NCBI RefSeq assembly: GCF_004010195.1
Contig: NC_057754.1
Location: forward strand, 2,004,306 to 2,068,305
Length of the DNA stretch: 64,000 bases
Origin: Chiloscyllium plagiosum
Taxonomy: Eukaryota
Direction of reading: 5' to 3'
Part shown: positions 39,510-52,407 of the stretch, in pieces
How positions within the stretch are numbered: the stretch's first letter is position 1
How the letters are laid out: each line of letters starts with the position of its first letter
The notes under the pieces: generated by a model
The model's database searches: none
Told to the model about the DNA's origin: nothing
Seen by the model: only the letters and a program-made list of their open reading frames with translations
Made by a program: the position numbers and the translations under genes

Positions 39510-42500
39510 AAGCAATGGCCTAGTGGCCGAGCTCATGTCCTGGGAAACCAGTTGAAATCCTACCATGGCAGATGGTGGAATTTGAATTCAATTTTTTTTT
39601 AAAAAATTGGAATTAAGGATCTACTGATAACATGGGACTGTTGTCAATAGTTGGGAAAACCCCAACTTGTTCACTAATGTCCTTCAGGGAAGGAAATCTG
39701 CCATTCTCACATTGTCTGGCCTACATGTGACTCCAAACTCTCAGTGATGTGGTTGACTCTCAACTGCCCTCTGAAATAGCCAAGCAAACCACTCAGTTGT
39801 ATCAATGGCTACAAAGTCTCAACAAAGAAATCAAATTGGACGGACCACCTGACATTGTCCTAGGCATCGGAAAGACAAAGACAGAAACAGTCCTGGCCAC
39901 CATTCAATATCCTCCCTGCTATTATCTAGGGGCTAATGCTAAAATTGGAAGAGCTGTCTCACAGACAAGTCAAGTTAGGAGGGAGCTGCCCTAGGAGTCC
40001 TCAACATTGACAATGGTCCCATGAAGTCTCATGGCTTCAGGTCAAACATGAGCAAGGAAACCTACCGTTAATTAACATGTACCGTCCTCCCTCGGCTGGT
40101 GGATCAGTGCTCCTCCACGTTAAACAAAATTTGAAGGAAGCACTGAGAGTGTCAAGGATGCAGAACGTACTCTGAGTCGAGGATTTCAATATCCACCACC
40201 AAAAGTAACTCTGCAGCAGGACTATTGATCGAGCTGGTTAGGTACTAAAGGACAAAGCTGATAGACTGGATCTGCAGCACATGATGAGGCAACCAACAAG
40301 AGGGAAAAACATAGCTGACCTCATCCTTACCAATTTGCCAGCTCCAAATGTATCTGTCCATGACAGTGTTGATAAGAGTGACCATTGCACAGTCCTTGTG
40401 GAGACAAATTGAGAATTCCTCTATCATGTTGTGTGGCAATATCACTGTGCTAAATGGGACAGATTTTGAACAGATCTAGTGAGGCATTGTGGGCCAACAA
40501 CAGCAGTAGAATTATACTCCAGCACAATCTGTAACCTAATGGCCTGGCATTTCCCCACTCAATCATTACAATCAACTCTGACTGAATGGAGAGTGCAGGA
40601 AGGCATGCCAGGAGCAGCACCAGGCATACCTAAAAGTGAGGTGTCAATGTGGTGAAGCTACCAAACAAGACAACTTGCATGCCAAGCAGCATAAGCAGCA
40701 AGTGATAGAGCGAAGCAATCCCACAGCCAATGGATCAGATCTAAGCTCTGTAGTACTGCCAAATCCAGTTGTGAATGATGCTGGACAAGTAAGAAACTTA
40801 CTGGAGCAGGAGGCTCCACAAATATCCCAATCCTCAATGATGGAACAGCTGAATACAAAAAATTAGATCGAGCCATTTGCAGAAATCTTCAGTGAGAAGT
40901 GCTAAGTGGATAACCCATCTAGGCCTCCTCCAGTATTCCCCAGCATAACAGATACCATCTTCGGGCAATTCAGTTCAATCAAGAGACAATTGGAAGCACT
41001 GGATACAGCAAAGGCTATGGACCCTGTCAACCTTCCAGCAATAGTACTGAAGACCTGTGCTCCAGAACTTGCCTTTCAGGACAGTTACAGGACAGTTACA
41101 ATACTGCCATCTACCCAACAATGTAGAAAATTGCCCAGGTATGTCCACACACAAAAGCAGGACAAGTCCAATTACCATGCCATCAGTCAACTTTTGATCA
41201 TCAGGAAAATGATGGAAGGTGTCATCAGCAATGCTATCAAGCAGCACTTGCTCAGCAATAACCTGTTCAGTGATGCCCAGTTTAGGTTCAGCCAGGGCCA
41301 CTCAGCTCCTGATCTCCATACAGCCTCGGTTTAAAAATGGACAAAAACATTGAATGCCAAGGGAAGTGAGAGTGACAGATCTTGACATCAAGGCTGCATT
41401 TTACCAAGTGTGGCATCAAGGAGCCCTAGCAAAACTAGAGTCAATGGATATCAGAGGCAAACTCCCTACTGGTTGGAGCCATACCTGCCACATAAGAAGA
41501 TGGTTGTAGTTGTTGGAGGTTGGTCTTCACAGCTATAGATTAGATTAGATTCCCTACAGTGTGGGAACAAGCCCTTCGGCCCAACAAGTCCACATCAACC
41601 CTCCGAAGAGTAACCTACCCAGTTCCATTTCCCTCTGACTAATGCACCTAACACTATGGGCAATTTAGCATGGTCAATTCACCTGACCTGCACATCTTTG
41701 GACTGTGAGAGGAAACCGGAGCACCCGGAGGAAACCCACGCAGACACGGGGAGAATGTGCAAACTCCACACAGACAGTCGTCCAAGGCTGAAATCAAACC
41801 TGGGACCCTGGTGCTGTGAGGCAGCAGTGCTAACCACTGAGCCACCATGCTGTAGAACATCTCTGCAGGAGTTCCTCAGATAATGTTGAAGCCCAACCAT
41901 CTTTAGCTACTTCATCAATGATCATTCTCACCCCCATCATAAGGTCAGAAGTAGGGATTGTTGCCAATGATTGCACAATTTTTATTCCCCTTTCTAACTC
42001 CTCCTGAATCAGTCCATGTTGAAATGCAGTAAGATCTAGATAATATCCAGGCTTAGCTGACAAGTGGCAAGTAACATTCGAGTTACACAAATGCCAGGCA
42101 ATGACCATCTGCAATAAGAGACTATCTAACCAGTGTTCCATGACATTCAATGGTGTTACCATCACTGAATTCCCCCAATATCAACATCCTTGTGGTTACC
42201 ATTGGCCAGAAACTGATCTATTGTTGTCATGTGTACCAAAATACAGTGAAAAGTATTGTTTTGCATGCTATAATGGCAGATCATATCATACAAAATGCAT
42301 CATGTTAACAAACAAAGTGCAGAATATAATATTACAGTGGATAAAAGAGCAGGTCAGAGACAAGGAATACTGCAATGAGTAACTCATCTCCTGACTCTCC
42401 AAAGCCTGCCATCATCTACAGGGCACAAGTCAGGAATATGATGGAATACTTCCTACTCACCTGGATGACTGCAGTTCCAACAGCACTCAAGAAGCTTAGC

Positions 42501-42893
42501 ACAATATAGAACAAAGAAGTCTACTTGAATGGCTGTGCATTTGCAAGCTTCCGCTCCGTCCACCACCAACATTCAGTAGCAGCAGTGTCTATCTCTACAG
42601 GATGTTCTGCAGAAATTCACCATGCCTTCTTTGATAGCACCTTCCAAACTCACAACCACTTCCAACTAAAAGGCTAAGGGCAGCAAATACATGCGAAAAC
42701 TGCCGCCTGCAAGTTCCCCTCCAAGCCAATCACCATTCTGACTTGGAAATATATCACTGAACCTTCAGTGTCACTGGCTCAAAATCTCCCTAAGGGCATT
42801 GAGGTCAAATTACAACACATGGATTGCAGCAGTTCAAGAAGGCAGTTCGTCACCACCACCTCAAGGGCAACAAGGGACAGGTGGTAAATGCTG
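39510..42893 (+). mobile_element. Near full-length CR1-group LINE family B with a tRNA-like SINE head as its 5' end
   Basis: Head/core at 39510-39800; endonuclease motifs (YRPP at 40079, DFNIHH, SDH); RT motifs (KAMDPVNLPAIVLKTCAPEL, QFRF, DIKAAF); 3' tail caagggcaa. Confidence 0.85.
41537..41850 (-). mobile_element. HE1-type V-SINE inserted in LINE family B
   Basis: (tagat)n tail, V-domain and tRNA head. Confidence 0.92.
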
Positions 42894-43206
42894 AGAGCTC
42901 TTTGTTAACCTTTGCTACTCGTGAAGGGTTCCTGAAGAGGGTTTTGGAATCTACCTCCTTCTCCAGTAAAAGTAGTTCAACCAGTTACAAGTGTTCCAGG
43001 AAGACACCCCATAGCCAACAGTTTGCATGTGCAAAATAATTTCAGATAGAAAACACCATTTGGAACAATCCATAAATTTACCGTTTCTCCTGAGTGTAAC
43101 TGTCAGCTGGCCAAATTACTTTCTAGTTAACACTCTGCAGAGTCTTCAGTTTTCTTTTTGTTTTTCCTAGATGTCTGTGTGTCTGTATGTGTGTTTCTTT
43201 TTAGAA

Positions 43207-43400
43207 ATGATGTGAAGATGCCAGTGTTGGAGTGGGGTGGATAAAGTTATATTAATTGTATGATACTGTGATCTTTTGCTATAAATTCTGTGTCTTAACC
43301 TGCCCCACTAGTTACCTGATGAAGAAGCAGCACTCTGAAAGCTCGTACTTCCAAATAAACCTGTTGGACTGGAACCTAGTGTTGTGCGATTTTAATCTTT
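43207..43400 (+). mobile_element. Penelope-derived element (family B): inverted tail plus hammerhead core
   Basis: CTGATGA-AGAAGCAGCACTCT-GAAAGCTC at 43316-43344. Confidence 0.75.
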
Positions 43401-44574
43401 TTAGAAAGGTGGTTATATATATTTATATAGTTCAAGCTGTTCCTCAATAAATTTTTGCATTTTTGAAATAAATGTTTTCTGTGATAAATACAATATTCCT
43501 TATTGACTTGTTCTGGCTGACTTGTACTTAATACTAAACCTCATGCAGCCTGTGCCCTATATAATTGAACATATCACCACATGGTTACATTAAAACATCA
43601 TTATGAGCAGTAAAGGAGTGGGACTTGGGAAATAATCTGTATATTCCGCCAAATTTGGTTGTAGCACTTGCTAAATATTCAGTCACATTCTGTGTCACTC
43701 TGTTGGAGTTTGAATACTCACTAAGGTGACAGATTGAAGGTCTAGATGGTTTTCAGTGACACCTTCAGTGCTATTATTTTGATTCACTTTGTCTGGAATA
43801 CCTTATATGAAGTGTGTTGCAACATTTTGAACCTTTCACACAATTGCCCCAGGTAACTTCCAAGGAGCTGATCTTGGTGGAGTGGAAAACGTTTATATTT
43901 TAATTTTTATCAGGCTTAGGTTCTGTGTGCAAAAGAGTTGATACAGGGAGACCCCAAATGAATTCGATAAATGGATTTGTTTAAAATGAGTTTTGAGTTT
44001 TAAAATGATGGCTCACCATCTCCTGGGAATACCTTGACAGCTTGATGAAAACAGCCACCCTACTGTCTCTATGTGGTTTAAAGTGAACTGTTGGACAGAT
44101 GTCACTAATGAATGGTGTCCCATATATTTCAAAATTGAGAATTACTGTGAATATTATCTGCTATTTTCATTGTCAAAATTTCTGATGCATATTATTCTTT
44201 GGATGCATTTTTCCTTTCCTTTCTGCTAACTATGAATATGGCAATTGATACTGTGATGGAAGGTGCATAATTTATATATTGTAATGTCATTTTAGGAAGT
44301 GTGTGTTGATTACTTATGTGAAGAATTTTCCTTTTTAAAAAAGGTCACAAAGTCAGAGAGTCCTTCCAGAACAGTGCTTTAAACTGAACATTTTATCAGA
44401 GAGTAGGTGACTGTGGACCTAATGAAAGGATCTTTATACTGTTGGGTTGATAACAGGCAGAGAAACTTGTAAGACCATTGGTTTTGTGTTTAGTTCAGAA
44501 GAATTAAGGGTGAGGATGTTTCTTTTAATTCCAGCATTTTTGTTTCTTTCTAGACAGAGGATTCAGGGCAGTTC

Positions 44575-45442
44575 AGGGAACAAGTGAGGAAGGTTATCAG
44601 AATACAGCAGGACCTTGATCAGCTGGAGAAGTGGACCAAGAATTGGCAATGGAGTTTAATATAGATAAGTGTGAGGTCTTGCATTTTGGAAAGCCACATC
44701 AAGGTAGGAGTTTCGTGGTGAACGGTAGGGCCTGAAAGAGTGTAGTAGAACAGAGGCATCTTGGAGTTCAGGTTCACACCTCTCTGAAAGTGGACTCCTA
44801 GGTAGACAGAGAAGTGAAGAAGGCTTTTGGCACACTGTCCTTCATCAAATAGGGCATTGAGTATAGAAGTTGGGAAGTTATATTGCAGTTATACAGGATG
44901 TTGGTGAGGCTGCACTTGGAGTATTGTGTTCAGTTTTGGTCACTTTATAGGAAGGATGTTATTAAACTGGAAAGAGTGCAGAAGACATTCACAAGGACGT
45001 TGCCTGGACCCCATGGTCTAAGTTATAGGGAGAGGTTAGACAAGCTAGGACCTTGTTCTTTCGAGAGTAGGAGACTGAGGCAGGACTTTATAGAAGTCTA
45101 TGAAATCATGAGAGGCATTGATAGAGTGAGTGTGCTCAGTCTTTTTCCCAGGTTTGGGGAATCGAGGATTAGAGGGAATGAGTTTAAGGTTAGAGGGAAA
45201 AGAATAAAAGGGAACCTGAGGGGCAAATTCTTTACACGGAGGATGGTACACATATGGAATGAACTGCCAGCGGAAGTGGTTGAGGTGGGTACATTAATAA
45301 CATTTAAAAGGCATTTGGATAACTAAATTGATAAGAAAGGATTAGAAGATATGAGCCAAGTGCAGGGAAATGGGGTTAGCGTGGATGGACATTTTGGTCG
45401 GCTTGGGCCAGGGGGCCTGTCTCCATGCTGTAGGATTCTATG
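44575..45442 (+). mobile_element. CR1 LINE 3' end
   Basis: LYRMLVRLHLEYCVQFWS...LERVQ...WNELP; tail gattctatga. Confidence 0.92.
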
Positions 45443-45713
45443 AAAAGATTTGCTTTACGAAAGTGATTAGAACTCTAAGTTTAGAGTCTCAGATTTGTGA
45501 GAAGCTCAATGACAGATTCAGAAAGTACTTATCGAATCGACTTAACAGTTCACACAAAAGAACATGGAAAGAATCAATTGATTAGGCCCCTAAGCAATTG
45601 TGATAAGGCATGTAATTTCTCTGGACTTGAGTCTTTGTGACAGATACTGTCAAGGATAAGATTGAAACTTTATTTTACTGTGTGATTTGAGATCATTCTA
45701 ACTGTCTTTATAT

Positions 45714-45990
45714 ATGATGTGGAGGTACCAGTGTTGGACTGGGGTGGACAAAGTTAGAAATCACACAATGCCACATTATAGTCCAATGGGTTTATTTGGA
45801 AGTACAAGCTTTCGGAGAGCCTGTTCCTTTGTCAGGTAGATAGTGGAGCAAGATCATAGGACACAACTATAAATTCTGTGTCCTATGATCCTGACCCACT
45901 AGCTACCTAATGAAGCAGCAGCACTCCGAAAGCTTGAACGTCCAAGTAAATCTGTTGGACTAGAAGCTGGTGTTGTGTGATTTTTAACTT
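45714..45990. mobile_element. Penelope-derived palindromic element (family B)
   Basis: Inverted arms centred on gatcataggacaca...tgtgtcctatgatc; a decayed hammerhead core in each arm. Confidence 0.8.
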
Positions 45991-47278
45991 GGTCTTTTTT
46001 TTTTAAAAGTAATACATTTCTGTTTTATTAAAGAAAATCTGTAGCCTCATGTGAACATGTCTCAATGACTAAGCACCATGTTAACTAACTAAAGAAAAAA
46101 ATCAAGTTTTATTTCATTTTGGTATCTGGCTTGTCCAGTAATTCATCAGCTGGAATCATAGCAATACTGAATAAGGATCTCTTTATATTCCAGTTTGCTG
46201 TTTTATGAAATGTTTATTTACGTAGAGATATAATAATAGTTCCATGTCATCTTGCCTTAATTGGTAGGCCTCTCTGACTCAGAAGATGTGAATTCAGTCC
46301 ATAACCTGGGCTAAAACTTTACTTTGTCAAAGGATGCTGTGTTCCAGATGAAACTTGAAGGGAGGATCCTTAGTTTAAGTGGATGATAAAGATCCCACAG
46401 AGGTTCTTGCAGATGGTAAGCCTTCTTTGAGCTGGTGTGAGCTGCAGGTTGTTATGTATATAGTTGTGTGATATTGCCCCTTTAAAAGTGTGGATCAGGT
46501 GACCCAGTGTGGGAGCTTGGGGTGGCAGTCTAGGACACACAATAGAGTATTCCCTTTATCTACCTCACTTCCTATTTCTGGTTCTAGTGAATGACAAACA
46601 ATGACTGGCAATAAAGTTTGGATTCAGACCACAAACTGTGTGCAAACACCATGGCCTTTGAGAGGAGGAAAGACATCGCCTGGACTCCAAAAATGGAGTG
46701 GAATTGTGGAGATAACATTGAAGGGGATGAGTGCTGCGATTGACACCAGGAAGGAAATGTATGCACAGCGGAGTGAGCTGAGAATGGTGGACATGAGGGG
46801 ACTCGGGCCACAGCTGATGGCTGAAGCAGGGAGAACTCACCTAGGATCTTACTGAAGTCATCGTATAGTGTGGTCGCGAGAGGACTCGGGCAGTGGGTGG
46901 TGCCAGAGAATAACAGTACACACCAGGGAGCAGGCCAAGAGCAGTGATTATGATGGGATTGAGGCCACAGCTGATGGCTGAAGATGGAAGTACTCAGCAA
47001 GGTAATTACAAACATTGTCATAGAGAGCAGTCACAAGGGAACTCGGGTTGTAGTGATGCCAGGGGAAGAACAGTATGCTAACACAATTGGTGAGGGAATG
47101 ACCACACAGAGAACACAATCCACCAAGGGGACTCGGGCTGCAAACAGCTAATAGACTCAACTGGTGGGAAAAATTCCTGCTGGTGGGAAAACAAAGTGGT
47201 AGACGAATTTTGAGAAATGGGACAATTTGATGAAGAGACAGTGTTGCAAGCAGTACACTGAACATTTTTGTGCATGAC

Positions 47279-47582
47279 TAGATTAGATTAGATTCCCTAC
47301 AGTGTGGAAACAGACCCTTTGGCCCAACAAGTCCACACTGACCCTCCGAGGAGTAACCCACCCAGACCCATTTCCCCTGACTAATGCACCTAACACTACG
47401 GTCAATTTAGAATGGCCAATTCACCTGACCTGCACATCTTTGGACTGTGGGAGGAAACCGGAGCACCCGGAGGAAACCCACGCAGACATGGAGAGAACGT
47501 GCAAACTCCACACAGGCTGGAATCGAACCTGGGTCCCTGTTGCTGTGAGAAAGCAGTGCTAACCACTGAGCCACCGAGCGCC
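47279..47582 (-). mobile_element. HE1-type V-SINE inserted in Gypsy gag
   Basis: (tagat)n tail, V-domain and head. Confidence 0.92.
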
Positions 47583-49389
47583 CACGGTGGCTAAAAACAT
47601 ACCGATACCGGTTTTCTTGAGTACTGTTGGGAGCAATCCCTCCATGATTCTAAGGTGTCTGGTGCAACCAGAGAAACTTACAGAAGACATAGCAAGAACT
47701 ATATGAATTGTTGGGGAGTTATTTTGCACCGAAGTCATGGATGATCACAATGATTCTGTTTTTAATAATGGTTACAGCACAAAGGAGAGTCTATCACCCA
47801 ATTTGTGGCCAGGTTAGCGGAACATTGAAAATTTAAAGGGTTTCTCTAAGATGCTTTGTGAGACCATTTGATTAGTGGCTTCTGATATGAAGCCACTAAC
47901 AAAGAGAGACCTGGATTTCAAGGCAGTTTTCGAAATTGCTACCTTGATGGTGTTGACCGCCAGCAAACCTTCACAAACCTTGCGAAAGCAACTCAGTTGA
48001 GTGACAACTCCTGGGTGCATTAAATAGCGGAATCTCAGTGGAGTGCAGTTCCTGACTGTAGAATGCCTCTTATATGGCAAGAGTGGACACAAGGAGTCAA
48101 TATGGTGGGCTCGGGAAGCTCATTGCCACAGGTATAAGCGACCATATTGCTCGAGATTGCCGAGTAAACTCAACTAAAAGAAGGGATGTTTAAAGGACAC
48201 AATTCAGGAGACAATACATAAGGTTCATATCACCAGCCAGGAGAGGACTGGGAGTCAGCCGGGTCTGTGGGAGAAGCAGAAGGCCACAAATCTGTTGGGT
48301 TTGGTTCAATATTCTATCAGTATGGGATGAGGCTGATTGTTTCTGGGTTCTTCCCAAATCAGAGGGTAAGAGCATAAAGGTGGAAGTGGATATTTGTGGA
48401 GCAGTGTCTCTGTCTCCCAAATCAATATATAGGGAATAGTTAAAGGCACTGCCTTTGAAGGCTACCAAGATTACACGACTGATAATCAATGAACAAGTGA
48501 TGCCACTGAAGGGCTATGTACTGGTAAAAGTACAGGGTGGGACTAGAGTGCTAAACTACCTCTGTACATAGTGAAAGGTGACTACTCTGCATTATTCAGA
48601 CTCTCCTGGTTACAGAAATTAAAGTTTAAATTGGTGCATAACTAATTGGCTGGCGGACTCAAAAATGAGTTTGCATGTGATTTTGGACAGTATAAAGATG
48701 TCTTCATGGAAACTCAGTGGAAATGAATGGTGTAGAAATTAAACTCGGTTTGAAGCAAGAGTTTTGTCCAGAGAGTCTGAAGATGTATCCAGTACTTCAC
48801 GCCAACTGGCCTCAAATGGAGGCGAAACTGGAATGACTGTTGAACCTGGGAGCGCTGGAACCAGTAACCATCAGTTAATGGGCCATTCCAGTTGTCCCTG
48901 TCTTAAAACCAGAAGGCACAGTGAGGATTTGTGGTTACTTTATGGTCATAGTCAACCCAGTCCTTGGTGCAGATCAATATCTACATCGTGAGGACCTGTT
49001 CATTGGACTAGCTGGGGGAAGGCAATTCTCAAAAATGGATCCGTCACAGGCCTACTTGCAGATGGGGGTCATGAAGGACTCCCAGCCACCGCTGACGAAA
49101 GTAACACAGTGGATTATTCCACTACAAGAGTTTGCCCTTTAGCATTGTGTCAGCACCATGTCTATACCAGAGAGCCTTGGATCAAAATTTGAGTGGATTG
49201 CTGGGTGTCCATTATTATCGGGATGAAATTTTGGCTCCTCTGAAGATGGTTACAGGAACACAGCCTAAACGTGAAAAGACTCCATAGAGTACCTGGGCCA
49301 CGTAATAGATGGTGAGGGACTACACAAGGTGCCAAGAAGATAGAGGCTACCATGAAAGCCCTTAGACCAGAGAATGTGTCAACTGAGTC

Positions 49390-49920
49390 ATGTAATTGGG
49401 ACATGTAAATTACTACAGTTCATGTCATCTTGCTATAGGAAGGGCATTATTAAATTGGAAAGGGTGCAGAAAAGATATACAAGGATGTTATTAGGACTAG
49501 AGAGTTTTAGGTGTAAGGAGAGGCTGAATAAGCTGAGGCTATTTTACTGGAGTGTCAGAGTCTGGGGGTGACAATGGAGGTTTATAAAATTATGAGAAGC
49601 ATAGATAAGTTGAATAGCAAAGAGGTTTTTCTAGTGTAGGGGAGTTCAAAACTAGAGGGCATAGGTTTTAGGTGAGAGGGGAAAGATTTAAAAGGGACCT
49701 GAGGGATAACTTCTTCACACAGAATGGTGCGTCTTTGGAATGATCTGCTTGAGGAAGTACAGATAGAGTTATCACTTTTAAAAGACATTTGGGAAGGTAC
49801 ATAAAAGGTTTAGAGGGATATGGGCCAAATACAGTCAAATGGGGCTAGTTTAGTTTGAGAAACCTGGTTATTATAAAGGAGTTGGGTTTCAGGGTCTATT
49901 TCTGTGTTGTGACTCTATGA
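49390..49920 (+). mobile_element. CR1 3' end inserted in Gypsy pol
   Basis: KLERVQKRYTRML; tail gactctatga. Confidence 0.9.
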
Positions 49921-50967
49921 TTGTATGTATGTGCCTGATGTGGCTTACCGGGAGGTGAAGGAAGCTTTAAAAATGTCAGAAGTGTAAACACGTTTTGACC
50001 CAAGCTAACTAGTGCGATGTCTTGCCTTATAGAGGGTTGGCGCTGAACTGTCACAATGGAGTGGAAATGACTATTGCATTCCCATTGAGATCACTAATGA
50101 AGATGGAGGAGAAGTATGCCCAAGTGGAAACCTCCATTTTTGATCTGTATATGGGAATACTGACAGAGGCAGCAACATGCCTGTAGAGATAGGCACTGGC
50201 TCCATCAGCCTACTTGTATGAAATCAGATATTGACAGTCAGAGAAGCACAGCAATACAGATGGTTTGTCAAGGTTACCACTACCAGGAATTAAGGAGGTA
50301 CTTTTCCCTGGAAGACAAGGCACTCGTGTCAGTGAGTCAGGTGCAGAATGCTACCCGGAATGATCCAATCTCATGGACTCAGTCCTGAGAGGAAGGACTT
50401 TTCATAGAAACTGCCCAGAGTTACACCTTTACCTGTCCAAGAGGTGGGAATTGTCCACATCAGTGTTTAATGTGGGGATTGAAGGTTATATCCATTCACC
50501 ATGAAGAAGATGATGCTGGAACATGTGCACCAAAGGCACCCTGGTATGGTGCAAATGACAGAAGTAGCCAGGAGCACCATTTGATGGCCGAATGTGAATG
50601 TTTGAGGAAAAAGAAGGGTCATGTGAATCCTGTGTACTAGTAAGGAAGGTGCTGCCATTGTTGACCCTTCACCCATGGGAGTGGCCTCAATCACTGTGCC
50701 AGCAGATTTATGTTGATTTCGCAGCAGCAGTAGAGGGAGGGGTGTTCCTAGCTGTTGTGGATGGCCACTCCAGGTAACCCAAGCTGGCTGTCATGAAGCC
50801 ACTATCATCAGCAGCAACGATAGACTGACCAGGTGAAAGATTTGCCAGATTCAGGAACCTCAAACAAACGTGACCAACAATGGTCCACACGTTATGGTGC
50901 AAGAATTCAGGGAGTAGCTGGAAAATCACAGAGGCGTCATGTGAGATTGGCTGTGTATCACTTTGTG

Positions 50968-51177
50968 GAGAAAGTGAGGTCTGCAGATGCTGGAGATCAG
51001 AGCTGGAAATGTGTTGCTGGAAAAGCGCAGCAGGTCAGGCAGCATCCAAGGAGCAGGAGAATCGACGTTTCGGGCATAAGCCCTTCCTGAAGAAGGGCTT
51101 ATGCCCGAAACGTCGATTCTCCTGCTCCTTGGATGCTGCCTGACCTGCTGCGCTTTTCCAGCAACACATTTCCAGCT
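50968..51177. mobile_element. Young Penelope-derived palindromic element (family A) inserted in Gypsy integrase
   Basis: Perfect 86-bp inverted arms (51001-51086 / 51092-51177), a 33-bp unpaired extension, and 18-bp direct repeat gctgtgtatcactttgtg at 50950-50967 and 51175-51192. Confidence 0.9.
51087..51114 (+). ncRNA. Minimal hammerhead ribozyme core (Penelope-type)
   Basis: CTGAAGA-A-GGGC-TTAT-GCCC-GAAA-CG-TC: intact core boxes, stem II, palindromic ACGT and GUC site. Stem I is weak. Confidence 0.7.
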
Positions 51178-52407
51178 GTGTATCACTTTGTGACAAACAG
51201 CCAGGCGGAGAGATTTACACAAAGCTTCATGTCGGCCTTAAAGGCCTCACTAGGGGAGGGTTCACTAGATCAGCAACTCAACAAATTCCTCAGTATGTAC
51301 CACATGCGACAACCCAGTGCACGCCACCGTCACTTATGTTCAACTGCCAGCTGAGGGCGATGTTTGATGCAACTGGAAAAGGCCAGAGAGATGGTAAAGT
51401 GGAATCAAGAAGGACAGTTGACCAGAAGCGCAGGAACCTCACTGTCCAGAGTCTTTTAAAGAGGTGAGACTGTATTAGTCTGGAATTATACTTTTGTGGA
51501 AAAGTGGATCCCAGCAATAGTGGTGGCTCAAACATGACCGTTGTCATTTTCACTAGAGACGAGGGATGAACTGGCCTGGAAGAAACAAACAGACCAGCTG
51601 GCTTCTGCACCTCACCAAGGTGGGGAACATCCCTCAGAATAGATGGAACCAATGGTGTCGACCAAGTCATGTGTCTCCAAGCCAGAGTTGGCTGCATCCA
51701 GGGAGGAGACAATAGCATCACAGGGGAACAACACCAAATCAGAGAGGGACATACCTGCAACATACCAAGAGCTTCCAGAAGCCCAGGAGTGTGTACTTAG
51801 AAAAGGTTCCTGAGAAGAGGCAACAGTCTTTGAGGAATCGCTATTCCCATGAGAGACTGACCATGTCTGTAAACTGTGGAAGGATTGTTTTCTTTTTTCA
51901 TTTTTTTTGTGAATATTCCTGATGTATATATGTTCGCTGCAATGTTCATATAATAGTTATGATTGTTGGGTGTATAATCAGTAAAAGGGTTAATGGAAAT
52001 AAAGGGAGAGGGGTGTTATGTATGTAGTTGTGTGGTATTGCCCCTTTTAGAGAGTGGGTCAGCTGACGACACAAGAACTAGGGGAAGGATGGACTGTGGA
52101 GCTGAGGGGACACATAATAAAATATTCCTTGTTCAAAGTATTACCCATTATCCTCCTCATGTTCTATTTCCGGTTGTAGTGAGCAGCAAACACAATATAG
52201 GTCTATCAATGGAAAATTAGCTGAGCGTGAATGAGTACCCCACAAAGAAGAGAGCTTGTTCTCCTGGCATCATCCAGCATCTTTCCTTTAATCAAGACTA
52301 AACCAACACCAAGACAAGGAGTTAAATTATTCTTCTCTGTTGTTGCTTGTTGTGTTTGACTGTATGTTAAATAGTTGTTTTTGCCATTCAGCCATTGTTT
52401 CATAGGA

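Larger units (their letters stand above)
46450..52197 (+). mobile_element. Full-length decayed Gypsy (Ty3) LTR retrotransposon
   Basis: LTRs at 46450 to about 46604 and 52014-52197, both starting TGTTATGTAT. PBS-like tggcaataaag at 46606 and PPT aaagggagagggg at 52001-52013. TSD caggt/taggt. Internal domains: gag (GQFDEE, PVFLSTVG, zinc-knuckle remnants), protease (VEVD near 48380), RT (WAIPVVPVLKPEGTVRICG, FSKMDPSQAYLQ), RNase H, integrase (HPGMVQM, HPWEWP, VDFA, NSQAERF). Confidence 0.92.

Noticed and set aside
43171..43200. ttttcctagATGTC as the next MACROD exon (YVIHTVGP)
   Set aside because: It continues as a GT-rich low-complexity stretch (VCVSVC), not IHTVGP.
46790..47140. CRISPR-like array
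   Set aside because: The context is eukaryotic, the repeats are short and degenerate, the spacers are homologous to each other, and there are no cas genes. It is a retrotransposon leader repeat.
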